From contig JANHCV010000001.1 of NCBI GenBank assembly GCA_025594325.1, positions 992,001 through 1,056,000 of the forward strand: DNA of 64,000 nucleotides, read 5' to 3'. Below, piece by piece: positions 37,062-48,218 of this stretch. The translations under genes and the position numbers were made by a program. The stretch is from Blastocladiella emersonii ATCC 22665 (Eukaryota > Fungi > Blastocladiomycota). The number at the start of each line of letters is the position of its first letter. Position 1 is the first letter of the stretch. The notes beneath the pieces were generated by a model. The model did no database searches. It was not told the origin of the DNA and worked only from the letters and a program-made list of their open reading frames with translations.

Positions 37062-39021
37062 ATGAACGTCGACACGTTTCTGACCCGGCGGCGGTGCGGC
37101 GCACGCACCGCCCTCCGCGCCGTCGACCACGACGCGATCCTGCAAGTCATTGCCGGGCGGAGGTCGGCGCTCGAGCGGACCACTGAGAAGGTTCGGCCCC
37201 ACCAGCCTCGCGTGCTTCCGCGCGTGCACCAGATGGGGATGCTTACACTTCGTCGCCATGATCTCGGCGGTTCTAGATCGAGCGCGTCTCGACGACCGCC
37301 GTCGAGCAGCGCAAGAACGCCGACACGCACGCACACCAGGAGGTCTGGCGCGCGTACTGGCGCCGGCTCGAGAAGAAGCGGTGCGTCCGCTCCGACGCTC
37401 AAGTGGTGTCCGCCGCTGACATTCGTCCCATACTCAGAGTCGCGCTTGAGCACGATGTCATCAACACCATGGGCTCGATCTGCACCAGCCCCGACTTCCC
37501 CGTCGAAGCCGCCGAGGACATGCTCGAGCTCCTCGAGGCGACCAAGCGGAGCCGCCGCGAGACAGCCGCCGCGCGCGCCGCCCTCGCTGACCACCTGTCG
37601 CGGATCCAGTCGCTGCGGCAGCACGGGAAACTGAAACCCGCCGACCTCGTCGCGGCCAAGTCGCTGATCCTCGCGGGGCTCGGCGGCGGGATGTCCGACA
37701 CGCTCGAGGATCCGATGGATGTAGTCCACCCAATCGCCATCGACGACGCGGCCGCCGCCGCCTCGTACCTCGTCACGCACGACGGCATCACACAAGATAT
37801 TCGCGACGTCCCGCTCGCCGCGCCGTGGCGCCCACACCTCCTCGCCGAGCTCGAGCGCCTGGCCGCAGCGGAGCGCGACGAGATGCTGCGCCTGCTCCAC
37901 GACACTTCTTCCCCCACATCCGCGCTCCCGCCCGTCGCGCGCATGTGCGCCGCGAAACTCGCCGACGAGTACGCGCACGTCGCGTGCCACCGGCACTCGA
38001 TGCTGCGCGCACGCCTCGCGCTCGAGTGCCCGGGTCTCCCGACCGACCAGCTCCTCGACTCGGCCGCCGCCGCACGCCGCCGTGCCGCCGCCCTGCGCAC
38101 CGCGGTCCCCGCGTTCGCCGCCACACACCAGTCGCGCGTCGCCTCGGCCCTTGCCGCGCTGCGCGACCATGCTGCTGCGGTGGCCGCTGCCGAACGCTCG
38201 ACCGCCGCGCTCGCCGACGCCGTCGCGGCAGCCGAGGGCGCACACGCCGTGATCCGCGAGTGGCGCGCGCGGGTCCTCGCCGACTCGGAGGCAAGGGCCG
38301 CCGAGGACGCCGCGAAACGCGCGGCCGACGCGAAACGGCACGAGCGCGAGCTGGCAAGGCGGGACCGCGAGCGCGCCGAGATCATGCGCGAGGGCGAGAC
38401 GCGCCGGACCGCGGCGGCCGCGGTGCGAGCGCAGGAGGAGGCCAAAGTGCGCGCGCTCGCCGAGGTCGCGGCACGCGAGCGGCGCGAGGCCATGGAGGTG
38501 GCCAAGGTGCGTGTCGCGGAGCGGAACGCGGCCATGGATGAGGCGCGGGCGAGGGCCAGGAGGGAGCGCGAGACGGCGGAACGGGATGCTGAGGCGGCGC
38601 TCGCGGAACGGCTCGAGCGGTTGCGCGACGTCGTGCGCGAGCGGATCAGCGTCGAGCGGTACGTTCACTCTATGACCTTCGCGACGAACCAGCTAACTTC
38701 AGTCGTTCGCGTAGCGACCCGGCGCGAGTCGAGCAACTGACCAAGGCCCGCAAGGCGGCCATCCTCAACGAGCCGCCGGTCCACGGCGTTCCGGGCGGAC
38801 CGACGGTCCACGGGTACAACGAGACGGCCGTGTTCCGCGACCCGCGCGCACGGCTCATGGAGCTGCTCCCGGCCAGCTCGGGCAGCGGCAGCGGCGGCGG
38901 CCTCGCGCGGTCGACGCAGCAGTACGTGGCCCAGATGATGCGCGACCTGCGGCCCGCGCGCGGCTTCGCGCCCGAGTGGCAGAGCCAGATCAAGTTCGCC
39001 GACGACCGAGACCAAGGGTAG
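37062..39021 (+). CDS. CCDC148-like coiled-coil ciliary protein, ~4 exons
   Basis: Long charged coiled coil. Last exon DPARVEQLTKA...VHGYNETAVFRDPRARL...GLARSTQQYVAQMM resembles the CCDC148 C-terminal DP...YNE...DPRLR...GL motif. Confidence 0.65.
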
Positions 39022-39274
39022 GGTAGGATAGATAATAGTAAACCATTACGAAGGAGCAAACTGACAAAGTACACGGCCCCCGCGCGCCCACGCATCGACG
39101 GCGACACGCAGCACCCATGCGTGGCGGCGAGCGAGAGGGAACGAGCGAGGGCCCTAGTGAGAAAGGGGACAATACGCAACAAGGGAAACACGACTAGCGG
39201 CGCGACTAGGGTGGCACCGCGAAAGCAAAGAGGCAAGAACGAGGGAGGAAGAGTCAGAGGCCGAGCACACCGAC

Positions 39275-42200
39275 TTACTTGAGCGGCGGGAACGCGACGC
39301 GGTCGTCGAGCACCGACACGACGGGCGTGGTGATGACGGGCGGGTTGGACGGGCGGCGGAGCGCGCGCGTCGACGCCGCGGCGCGGGCAGCGGCGGCAGC
39401 CGACTTGGCGGGCGCAGGCGCCGCCGTCGTCGGGACACTCGCGGCAGCGGGAGCCGCAGCGGCAGCGGGCGCCGGGGAGCTGCTCTTGGCGGGAGCGGCG
39501 CCCTCGGACTTGGCCGCCTGGGCGGCGGCGGCGGGGCTCTTGCCCTTACCGTGGTGGTGGCCCTTGGCGTGGTTACCGGCCTGGCGCTGCTTCTTGCGCT
39601 GGATCGCGACCGACTCGGCGGCGTACTTCTTGAAGTCGGCGATGGTCTGGAACTTGGCAAGGGCGGCCGAGAGCTCGGGGCGGACCGTGACGGGGTTCTC
39701 CTCCTTGTCCTTGCGGTAGTAGAGGTAGGCCCAGAACTTCTCGAGGCCGTACAGGAGCTCGTGGGCGCGGTCGTCGGCGTCGGCGGCGCGGCGCTGCTCG
39801 TGGGCGGCGTAGTCGGCGAAGGTGAGGTCCGCGAAGTCGCGGAACACCTCGGCGCGGAACTTGTTCTCGAGCCCGTAGCTGTAGAAGCGGTACAGGCACT
39901 CGGTGCCGTACCGGTACCCCTGCTCGGCGTCCTCGAGCGCGAGCTTGCGGAACTCGGCGTACATCTTGCGGTTGAAGTGGTCGCGCAGGAAGTGCGACCA
40001 GAACCGGTACAGCGTGTTCATCTCGGCGCACCCGACCCCGTGCCGCTTGCGCTCCTTGAGCGCCTTGGAGTGGTACTTGAAGTACTTGTGCTGGATGAAC
40101 CCGTTCTCGCGCAGCAGCTCGTGGCTCGGGTGCTCGTGCCCGATCGCCAGCGTCAGCTCCTGCGCGAGGTCGGCCGCGTCAGCCGACTTGCTGAGGCGGT
40201 CCGCGTCGGCGGGGTTGGACGTCGACAGGAGCGCCGCCGCGGCCGCCGCCGCCGTCGCCGTGGCGTTGGCGGCGTCAGCAAAGGTGGCGTGCGTGGGCGA
40301 CGTCGCGGGCGAGAAGACGTAGCCGACCGACTCGGCGGCCGACGGGAAGTAGTTGCGGGTGTCGGGCTTCTCGGCCTCGGCGTCGGCGGGCGCGCCGCTG
40401 ACGGGGAAGAAGCGCGACTTCTTGTTGTTGCCGGCGGCGGCGTCCTTCTTCTTGTTGCTGGCGGCGACCTGCTGGATGAGCGGCGTGGGCTTCTTGGACG
40501 GCTTGACGGGCTCGATGGTGGTGCTGGGGGTCGCGTCGCGGCTGGCGACGGTCGTCACCTTCTGGTTGTCGGAGGCGGCGGCGGACCGCGCGGACCGGCG
40601 CAGGGCCACCTCGTACTGGTACAGGCCCTCGTTGATGGCGTCGTTGAAGTCGTCGCCGACCGACTTGCGGTCGAACCCGATGTTGTACCCCTTGTCCTTG
40701 CCGTCGTGCTTCTTGACGCGCTGCGTCACGATCACGAGCGTCGACAGCATGTCGTCGGGCAGCTCGTCGTCGGACCAGCCCTCGACCCACTCGTCCGCGT
40801 CGTAGTCCGAGTCGACGTCGCCCTCGCCGCGCAGCACGCGGTGGCGCAGCTCCTCGTCGAGCTGGAACATCTCCTCGTCGTCCTCCTCGGCCGCCACCTC
40901 AGCGGGAGCGGGGACCGCGGTCACGGCGTTGCGCGATGTCTGCGACGAGGTCTCGGCGACAGCGGGCACGGCGGCCGCGGGGAGCGGAGCGGGACTCGGC
41001 GTGGCGCGGTGCTCCGACGACGGCGTCGCGGCGAGCGCGGGCGAGCGCGGCGAACTGGTGCCGCTGCCGCGCGTCGACAGCTTGCGCGTGCGCGCCGCGT
41101 TCGAGATCTTGCGAGTGCGGACGACCTGGGTCCAGCCCTCCTCCTCGGTGGCTTCGGCGGCAGCCGGCGAAGCGGGGGCGGGGGCGGCAGCAGCGGGAGC
41201 GGCGGTCACCTCCTCGGCGACCTTGGCGGGCTCGACGGTCTCGGTGGCCGTGGGGGCGGCGACCTCGGCCTCGGGCTCGGGCTTCTTCTCCTCGACGGCG
41301 GCGGCGGGCTCGGCGGCCTTGGGCTCCTCGACGGTGGCGACGAGCGCGGGGACGACGGGGGCCACGACAACGGGCGTGTTGACGTACTAGATCAGGGAGC
41401 GAGAGTCAAGTCAGCAACTGCGAGTTCAAGACGGCGGATCGGGTTGACGCTGGATCCGAGGGCAAGGAATGACGAGTCCTGGTCGCTCACAAGTGTTCCT
41501 GACGACTTAACTGACGGGCACGCCGCCCGCGACCCATCTCCTCGCCGCCATCCGCACCAGCAAACGCCCGCTCAGCATCGAGCAACCGACCGACCGAGAC
41601 GCAGTGGGACCGAGCCGCGGTCGTGATCGAGCTGCCGCGTGCGCGCCGCGAACTCGATCACGGCAGCGTCGATGAGCTGCGCCCGCGGCAACGGTCGGTC
41701 GGTCAGTGGTCGATGCTCGAGTCTCGAGCTGGCATGGCACTGGTAGTTGCGGGGACGGCGGCGAGGGAGCGGGTGGCAGAGCGGGTACGCAGAAGGAGAG
41801 AAGGTAGGAAGAACAGATTTGGTTGCACAACAAAAACGGGATAATGATGGAGGGAGTGAAGGGAGCAAAAACGAGTGGACGAGAGATCACCCATCTAAGG
41901 CCCACCGGGACGACAAGGCAGCGAGGCGGACCGAGTGTCGACGAGAGGAGCGAGGGTGAGGGAGGCACGGGTCGGGCGAGGGAGTGATGGTTGGGGAGAT
42001 GGGGCCGCCCCGGCCGAGTCGTACCAGAGTGCCATGCCGTCGGACTGCGTGAGTGAGCTGGGCGAGCGAGACGAGTGCTGGTGCTGCGGATGGCGGCGAG
42101 TCGAAAAGGCCGCGTGCGCGGCGACGCCGTGCAGCGACAGGTCGACGGGAACACGGCGAGTGGTCGATGCGCGCGAGGACCAGGACGCCAGGATGAGCCG

Positions 42201-44232
42201 AACGGAGGGGTGGGGGAAGAGAGGTAGTGGAAGCGGGGAGAGGAGCAGCGATAGAATGGAAACTAGTGTAAGGGAAAGGAACGAACGAGAGCGGAAAAGT
42301 AGCAAACGGGAAGGAAGGGAGAGAGAGGATGCTACGTGGTAACAGATGGGAGGACGAGGGCAGGTAGGGAGGGAGGAGGATGGGATCCGAGCGTCAACGA
42401 GAGGAGGAAGATCAGGCACTCACCGCTGGCGGGGTGTAGGTCGACTTGGGCTTGAGCGACTCGGCGACCTCGGGGGCGAGGGGCCACGTCTGCCAGTTGG
42501 TCTTGCAGCGGACCAGGGTGCGGTCGGCCGAGAGCTCGACCTTGTCCGAGTTGGCGAGCGAGTCGGTGATGAGCTCGAGGCTGTCGGTGAGGATGCGGAC
42601 GCGGTTGAACTTGGCGAGGAAGGCGAGCTGGACCCAGCCCTCGGCGAGGTCCATGTTCTGGCGCAGGTACAGGTCCTTGCACAGGTTCTCGACCGAGAAG
42701 TAGTACTCGATCTGCTGCTGCACAATCGACTTGAGCTGCGTCGTGTCGACCGTGAACCGCGTCGACGCGGCCGAGTGCGACTGCGAGTACATGGGCTGCT
42801 GCGCCGACGCGTACCCGGCGTGCGAGTACTGGCCGTGGTGGTGGTGGCGGTGCTGGCGGCGGGGGCCGTTCTGCTGGTAGCCGTAGCCGTTGAGCGACAA
42901 GTACTGGCCGTTGGCGCCGGCCTGCTGGTTGTTGCGGTTGTTGCGCGGGCGCGGCGAGCGGGCTGGGGTGCCCTCGGCGGCGGCCGTCGGGAGGACGGCG
43001 GGCGTGGTGGGCTTGGGCGGGAGGGGCAGCTTGGAGCCGGTCGAGGCCGCAGCGGCATCGGCAGCGGCGGGCTCAGCAGCACCGTTTTCGGTGTTGGCCG
43101 AGGCATCAGCGGCATCAGCGGAGGCGGGGGCAGCCTGCTGCTTGTCGGCGTCGGCCTTGTTGCGGTTGTTGCGCTTGGCCTTGGGCGCGCGCGGGGTGCC
43201 GTCGGCGTTGACAGCGGGGGCGCGGGTGCCCTCCTTGCCGTTGTTGTCGCGGGAGCGCGGCGAGTTGGCGGAGCGGGTCGACTTGGGGACGATCTCGATC
43301 TGGACGGCGGTCCAGGCGGCCTTCTTGCCCTTGCGCGGGGTGCCCGAGGCGGACGACTCCTTGGGCGAGGGCGCGACCGAGTCGGACGCAGCAGCGGCAA
43401 CAGTGTCGACGACGGGGGCAGCGGCGCGCTTGGCCTCGGCCTGGACGGGGGTCGCCGAGCGGGTGGCGGCGGGCGACGAGGTGGCCGAAGCCGGGACCTT
43501 GGCCTGGTCGAGCGACGGCCACTTGTTCTCGGCGGAGGCGGCAACGGGCGCATCGACTACGGAGTGCGGATCGGAGTGTGAGTGGCGGGTCGAGCGAAGG
43601 TGAATGCAGCAGATCCGCGACGAACCTGCTGGAGCAGCGAGCGACACGGCGAGCGCGGCAGGGACCTTGCCCCAGGCGCTCACTGCAGGGATCGGGGCGG
43701 GGACGTAGACGACGGGCTTGGCCGGAGCAGCAGCGGCCTCCTCGGCGGGGGCAGCCGACGACTCGGCATCGGCAGCCGCCTCAGCGGAGGCAGTCTCGGC
43801 CTCGGTGGCGGCAGCCGGCGCATCCTTGGCGGCGGCGGGCGAGCCAGTCGACGACGAGCGCGGGGCGCGGGGCGCGCGCGGGCCGGCCGACCTGGCGGGG
43901 CGGGCGGCCTCCTCGCGGGCGCGCTGCTTGGCCTGCTGCTTGCGGGCGTGCTTGCGGACGACGGGCGCAAAGTCGTCGTCGTCGCCGCCAGCGGTGGCGG
44001 CCGCGGGGGCGGGAGCGGGGGCAGCAGGGGCGGCGGCGGGAGCAGCCGACGACGAGGCCGCGGGCTCGGCAATCGTCACGGGCGCGGCGGCGGCCGACGC
44101 GGCGGGCTTCTTGTGCTGCAGCTCGGCGACGAGCGAGGCGGGCTTCGGGGCCGGGATGGCGTTCCACGGCGACTTGATGGGGGCCGGGGCGGGCGCCGCC
44201 GGGGTCGGGGCTGGGGCGTCCTCGTGCGACAT
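39275..44232 (-). CDS. LARP1: La-related protein 1 (La motif plus DM15 repeats), 3 exons with one 1037-nt intron
   Basis: La motif [42 protein letters not shown] (~42480-42730). DM15 [12 protein letters not shown]...[33 protein letters not shown]...[17 protein letters not shown]...[11 protein letters not shown]. Phase-0 intron GTGAGT(42423)...CTAG(41387) joins the two long ORFs in frame. Probable short in-frame intron at ~43560-43628. Confidence 0.9.
41387..42423 (-). other. Long spliceosomal intron of LARP1 with nested inverted repeats (predicted large RNA stem)
   Basis: Complementary pairs: 41443-41457/42383-42398, 41476-41484/42178-42186, 41493-41499/42148-42154, 41521-41526/42118-42123, 41541-41562/42076-42100, 41731-41745/42022-42038. 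Internal pairs 41575-41596/41692-41716 and 41622-41631/41653-41662. Confidence 0.75.
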
Positions 44233-45027
44233 GGTGGAAGGTCGAGGGGATATATCGAGGAGGGGAGGGAGGGGAGGGAGGGGAGCACGAGTGATGCGGA
44301 TCACTGGTGGTGCGGCTGGGTCGGCAGAGGGCGAATGCAGCAGACGGCGAGTCGGCGGCAGGGCGGCAACGGCGGCGACAGCGAGATGACCTTCAGGGCG
44401 CGGTGCTGGGTGGCGAGCAGCGGCGGCGTGCACTGGGTGAGTGCTGCTGAAGGGAGGGACGGGAGGGGGAGGCGAGGGTGTGCGCGTGGAGGACCGGGGA
44501 CGCTGGCAACGGGGCGGCGAGCTCGTTCTTTCTCCAGTGCAGGGAGTCTTGCGCGGGACAGGGGACCTGCGCGCGGATACGGGTGGCGGGCAGAGAGGAC
44601 GCAGGGGAGAAGGAAAGGTCGGCGAGCGAGCACGCAGGGCCAACCTGGCTTCGCTGCGCCCTCGCCTCATTTCAACTCGGAAAACAGGGACGCTGCGCTC
44701 TAACCTCGGCATATTCGTTCTGCCGCTCACGGCCATGCTGGCGGGGAGCCGATCGGCTGCGCGCTGTGGCCATGGCCACCGTCGCTAGCCCGGCGATCGC
44801 GGCCGCGGGGTCGCTCCACGGCCACGGCCACGGCCATCTCCCCGCTCGTCACCTCCCCGACGATTAGCCACCACGCACGACGTGTGCACCACGCCGGCTT
44901 CACCACGGTGTGGTCTGCTTCACGATCCACGCATGAATTTTCGCGAGTGTGTTGATCTCGGCGGCGGCCGGGTGGGTCAGGTGGGCGCACTTGACCCGTT
45001 GCGAGGCGCGTTTTTCCGCTCGAAATG

Positions 45028-45149
45028 CAGGGGACCCGCACTCGAGGTCGGGCCACGTGACTACCCTAGTTGATTGCTGTGGCAGGCGCTCTGACGCACA
45101 CGCGCGCCGCTGGAGCAGCCGTGGCCGCGGCCACCGCCACCGTCGGCGA
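45028..45149 (+). repeat. Left terminal inverted repeat
   Basis: Reverse complement of 47835-47950 apart from 4 substitutions and one 6-bp indel (GCCACC). Confidence 0.9.
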
Positions 45150-45569
45150 CCGCTCCTCTCCTCGCTCGCTCGTCTGCGCACTCCACCAATACCCCAAATG
45201 CTAGTAAACATGTATCTGAGTCACGGCAACTCGCTCACCGGCCACCGCTTTGCTGATCCTGCGCCCGACCGCCTGGCGCGACTCCTCGCGCTTCCGCCCA
45301 CCTATTGGTCGCTGCCATCGCCGGCGAGGGCACGGCTATGCTTCCCGTCACCGTGACCGACTGAGGTTGGGCCGACCTGCTGCTCGACGGCTATTCTACG
45401 GCACCGGTGCCGACCTCGCTGGCCGAGTCCTGCCGCACCTTCACCATGGCCAACCTGTCGGTCCTCGCCGCCGTCCTGCCCATCGACATCGATGACCGCC
45501 GCCGTGTGTTCAAGCCGCACTCGCTTCTTCGCTGCTGTGGCTTCCCGGGCTGCTTCCCGTCCCACGCAG

Positions 45570-47400
45570 TCGCTCCGCAAACATCTCCTCCTCGTCGCCA
45601 TGCCCCACCCGCCGCTGCAGCGCGTGCTCGAGAAGATTGAAGGCGTGCAGCTCACCAAGCTCATCGTCGTGTTCATCAAGTACGTCCTGCTGTGCGTCCT
45701 GCTTGAGCAGCCCGGCCCGTGGGAGGACCCGATCCGCGCGCTGCTGCAGTCGATCCCGGGCGCCGCCGCCAAGGAGCGCACCTCGCTCAACCTCGCCGTC
45801 GAGCTGTGCCTGCACCGCCATACCGAGGGCCTCCTGGCCGTCGATCCTCCTCTCCGCTGCGCGCACACCCGCCATCCTCGATGTCGGTACACCGACAACG
45901 GCGCTGCTCGACCTCCTCTTCTCGCGCGCCACGCCCGAGGTCCTCGAGGACGCGCCCGACCTGCACGCGCACCCGGTCCTCGCGCCGCTCCAGGCGCGCA
46001 TCGACGCGGCGAAATCGGCGACGCCCTCGCTGCAGGACCGCCTCGCCCGCGTGTGTGCGCGCATCGTGTCGCCCGACCTCGTCGTCGCCGAGGCCTCGCT
46101 CGACGAAGCCCTCGCGCTACTCACGCAGATCCACGCGTCGTCGGCCGACGCCATGGTCCGCAACCTGCACGTCGTGGTCGACGCCCTCCTCAACGTCGCC
46201 GAGTACCACCCGACGCCCGCCGTACGCGCCACCGTGTGTCTCGGGCAGCTCGGGGCCGTCTATTTCGGCGATTTATTGGGCGCCGCGGCCGCCGCGATGC
46301 GCGGCGAGGCCACCGTCTCCGACAAGGACGGCGGGCTCAAGACGGGCGTCGTCGCGCACCAGGAGATCCCCGTGCTGTGCGCCGAGGTGCTCAAGTCGTG
46401 CCTGATCCCCTTCTTCCGGTCCGGCGCGTCCCATTTCGCGCAGACCATCGTCGCGCACGCGATCCATCGGCTGCTCAAGCTGCACCGCAAGACGTGCCTC
46501 GACGCGCTCGACGATTTTGACCAGTCGACGGTGCGCCACCTGCAGGACAGCAAGTACCGCGTCGACGAGCCCATGCTCGTGGCCGAGGCCGACGCGGCCG
46601 CCGCCATGTTCCAGCCCGGCGCCGTGTCCTTCTCCGCGTAGACGTGCTGGTTCTGCCTCCGCCTCGCCGCCCGCTGCGCCGACTCGGCGCTCGTCGCCGT
46701 CTTCCGCGCCCTGCACCCGCTGCTCGCGCAGACCCAGCACCACGAGGTCGCCACCGTGCGCTCCCCTTCATCGTCCTACACCTGTGCCTTGTCGCGAGCC
46801 CCGCGCTCGACTCGGTCGTGTCCGAGTTCATTCACGCCCTGCAGCACGTGGCCGGCGGCGACCTTGCGATGCAGTCGTTCGCGCTCGCCATTTTCGACGC
46901 CAGGAGCGCGCCAAGTTCGCCGAAAAGCGCAGCCGCCGCTCCACGCCGAGTGCATTGGGCGCGCCGAGCCCGCGCCGTACGACCTCGAGGCGTCGGTCCA
47001 CCCTGCCGCCCGCGCCGGTCGACCTTGGACCTCGGACAGCTCTTCCTCGACGTGTTCCTCGACGTGTACCGCCGCCTGCGCAACGAGGGCGTCGACTAGG
47101 CGCTCGGCGCGTCGCACCTGTTCCAGCAGCAGCAGCCGGTGGGCGGCGGCGGTGCCGACACGGTCCAGGACCCGCGACACCTCGCGCTGCAGCACGAGGT
47201 CCGCGTGCTCGCCGTCTACCACGCTGCGTCCGTTCGCGGCAGCAGCAGCGGGAGCGTTCCGACACCCCCGACGCGGCTCAGCGCGTACCAGGCGTGGCGT
47301 GAGCTCGGGTCCTTTGACCTCCTCGCCGAGCAGCGCACGGGCGCCATCACGGCACACCGAGACGCACCCCGAGTGGAGCGCCGACCTCGCGCCGACCCGG
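45570..47400 (+). pseudogene. ATR: Internal fragment of ATR/Mec1/Rad3 PIKK kinase (HEAT region into FAT), disabled
   Basis: VCLGQLGAV resembles ATR CLGELGAI. AQTIVAHAIHRLL resembles AQDSAAYAIQELL. SFSA*TCWFCLRL resembles NFAEWSASWAGYL. ALPFIVLH; DLAMQSFALAIFD...HWARR resembles DLCQLSTQTVFSMLDHLTQWARH. In-frame TAG at 46639-46641 and 47097-47099; frameshifts at ~45843 and ~46757. No kinase domain. Confidence 0.75.
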
Positions 47401-47834
47401 TTACCCCCACACCGATCCAGTCGCCGCCACCCCGAGCGTCGGGTACGCTCCTCAACGACCCCGCCCACGCGCGCAAGCTCGAGCTCGACGCGCGCGCCCG
47501 CGCACGGTCCAGGCCGACGTGTTCCGCGAGCAAAGGCTCAGCTGCGCCTGTGCGACCATCGTCGACCGCCACCGATTCGCCGACCTCTTCACGTTCCACG
47601 ACACGGCGCTGCTCGAGACCCGCACCGCCAAACCCACCAACGTTGAGGCCATCGTCAACGCGCGCTACTAGCGGGTTGGGACGCGGCGGGATTGCGCGCA
47701 CGCGCGGTTCTCAGCGCGCGAGGAACCGTACCGAGCGCGCTGGTCGCGGCCGCGGTCGCGCTCATTCGAAACTTTTAATACATTCCGTTACATTGATCAT
47801 ATGTGTGTTTGAGCCGGCGGGATGCGCGAGGTGA

Positions 47835-47950
47835 TCGCCGACGGTGGCTGCGGCCACGGCTGCTGCAGCGGCGCGCGTCTGCGGCAGAGCGCCTGCCACA
47901 GCAATCAACTAGGGTAGTCACGTGGCCCGACCTCGAGTGCGGGTCCCCTG
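47835..47950 (-). repeat. Right terminal inverted repeat
   Basis: Reverse complement of the left TIR, followed by the second copy of the 9-bp TSD. Confidence 0.9.
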
Positions 47951-48218
47951 CTCGAATTGCCAGTACCTCCACCACTCACTCCGTTCGGGTGTCAACTGTG
48001 CGGGGCTTTGCCCAACTGCCCTCTCGCCCGCGATCACTTAGCGCAACGGACGCGTTGTGGACGCGTGATTCAAGTAACTGCATGATTTATGAAGTGGAAC
48101 ACACGGAACTCGCTTCAGGTGCAGCAGCGCTGACTGAGACCGTGCTTCGGATCCGCGTTACATGGAGGGACACGAGAGAAAGGGTCGCGACGCGTCAGTA
48201 TCGCGCGTTGGAGCTGTC

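Larger units (their letters stand above)
45028..47950. mobile_element. Non-autonomous TIR DNA element with 9-bp TSD and a captured host gene fragment (Pack-MULE-like)
   Basis: Termini CAGGGGACCC...GGGTCCCCTG. TIRs 45028-45149 and 47835-47950 are identical over the first 66 bp. Flanks CTCGAAATG (45019-45027) and CTCGAATTG (47951-47959) match 8/9. No transposase motif seen inside. Confidence 0.85.

Noticed and set aside
41387-42423. Telomerase RNA, RNase P/MRP RNA, box C/D snoRNA or group I intron inside LARP1
   Set aside because: I found no CUAACCCU-type template, no convincing CR-I/CR-V boxes and no paired C/D boxes, and the ends are spliceosomal. An Infernal search would still be needed to exclude these formally.
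46553-46641. TAG at 46639-46641 as an intron acceptor, which would make the ATR-like gene intact
   Set aside because: Using the nearest donor (GTACCG at ~46553) shifts the frame and removes conserved ATR-like residues. The TAG aligns with a conserved Trp codon, and other lesions remain.
45020-47958. hAT classification of the TIR element because of its CAGGG termini
   Set aside because: The 8-bp flanks (TCGAAATG vs CTCGAATT) do not match, whereas the 9-bp flanks match 8/9. The long TIRs also fit MULE better.
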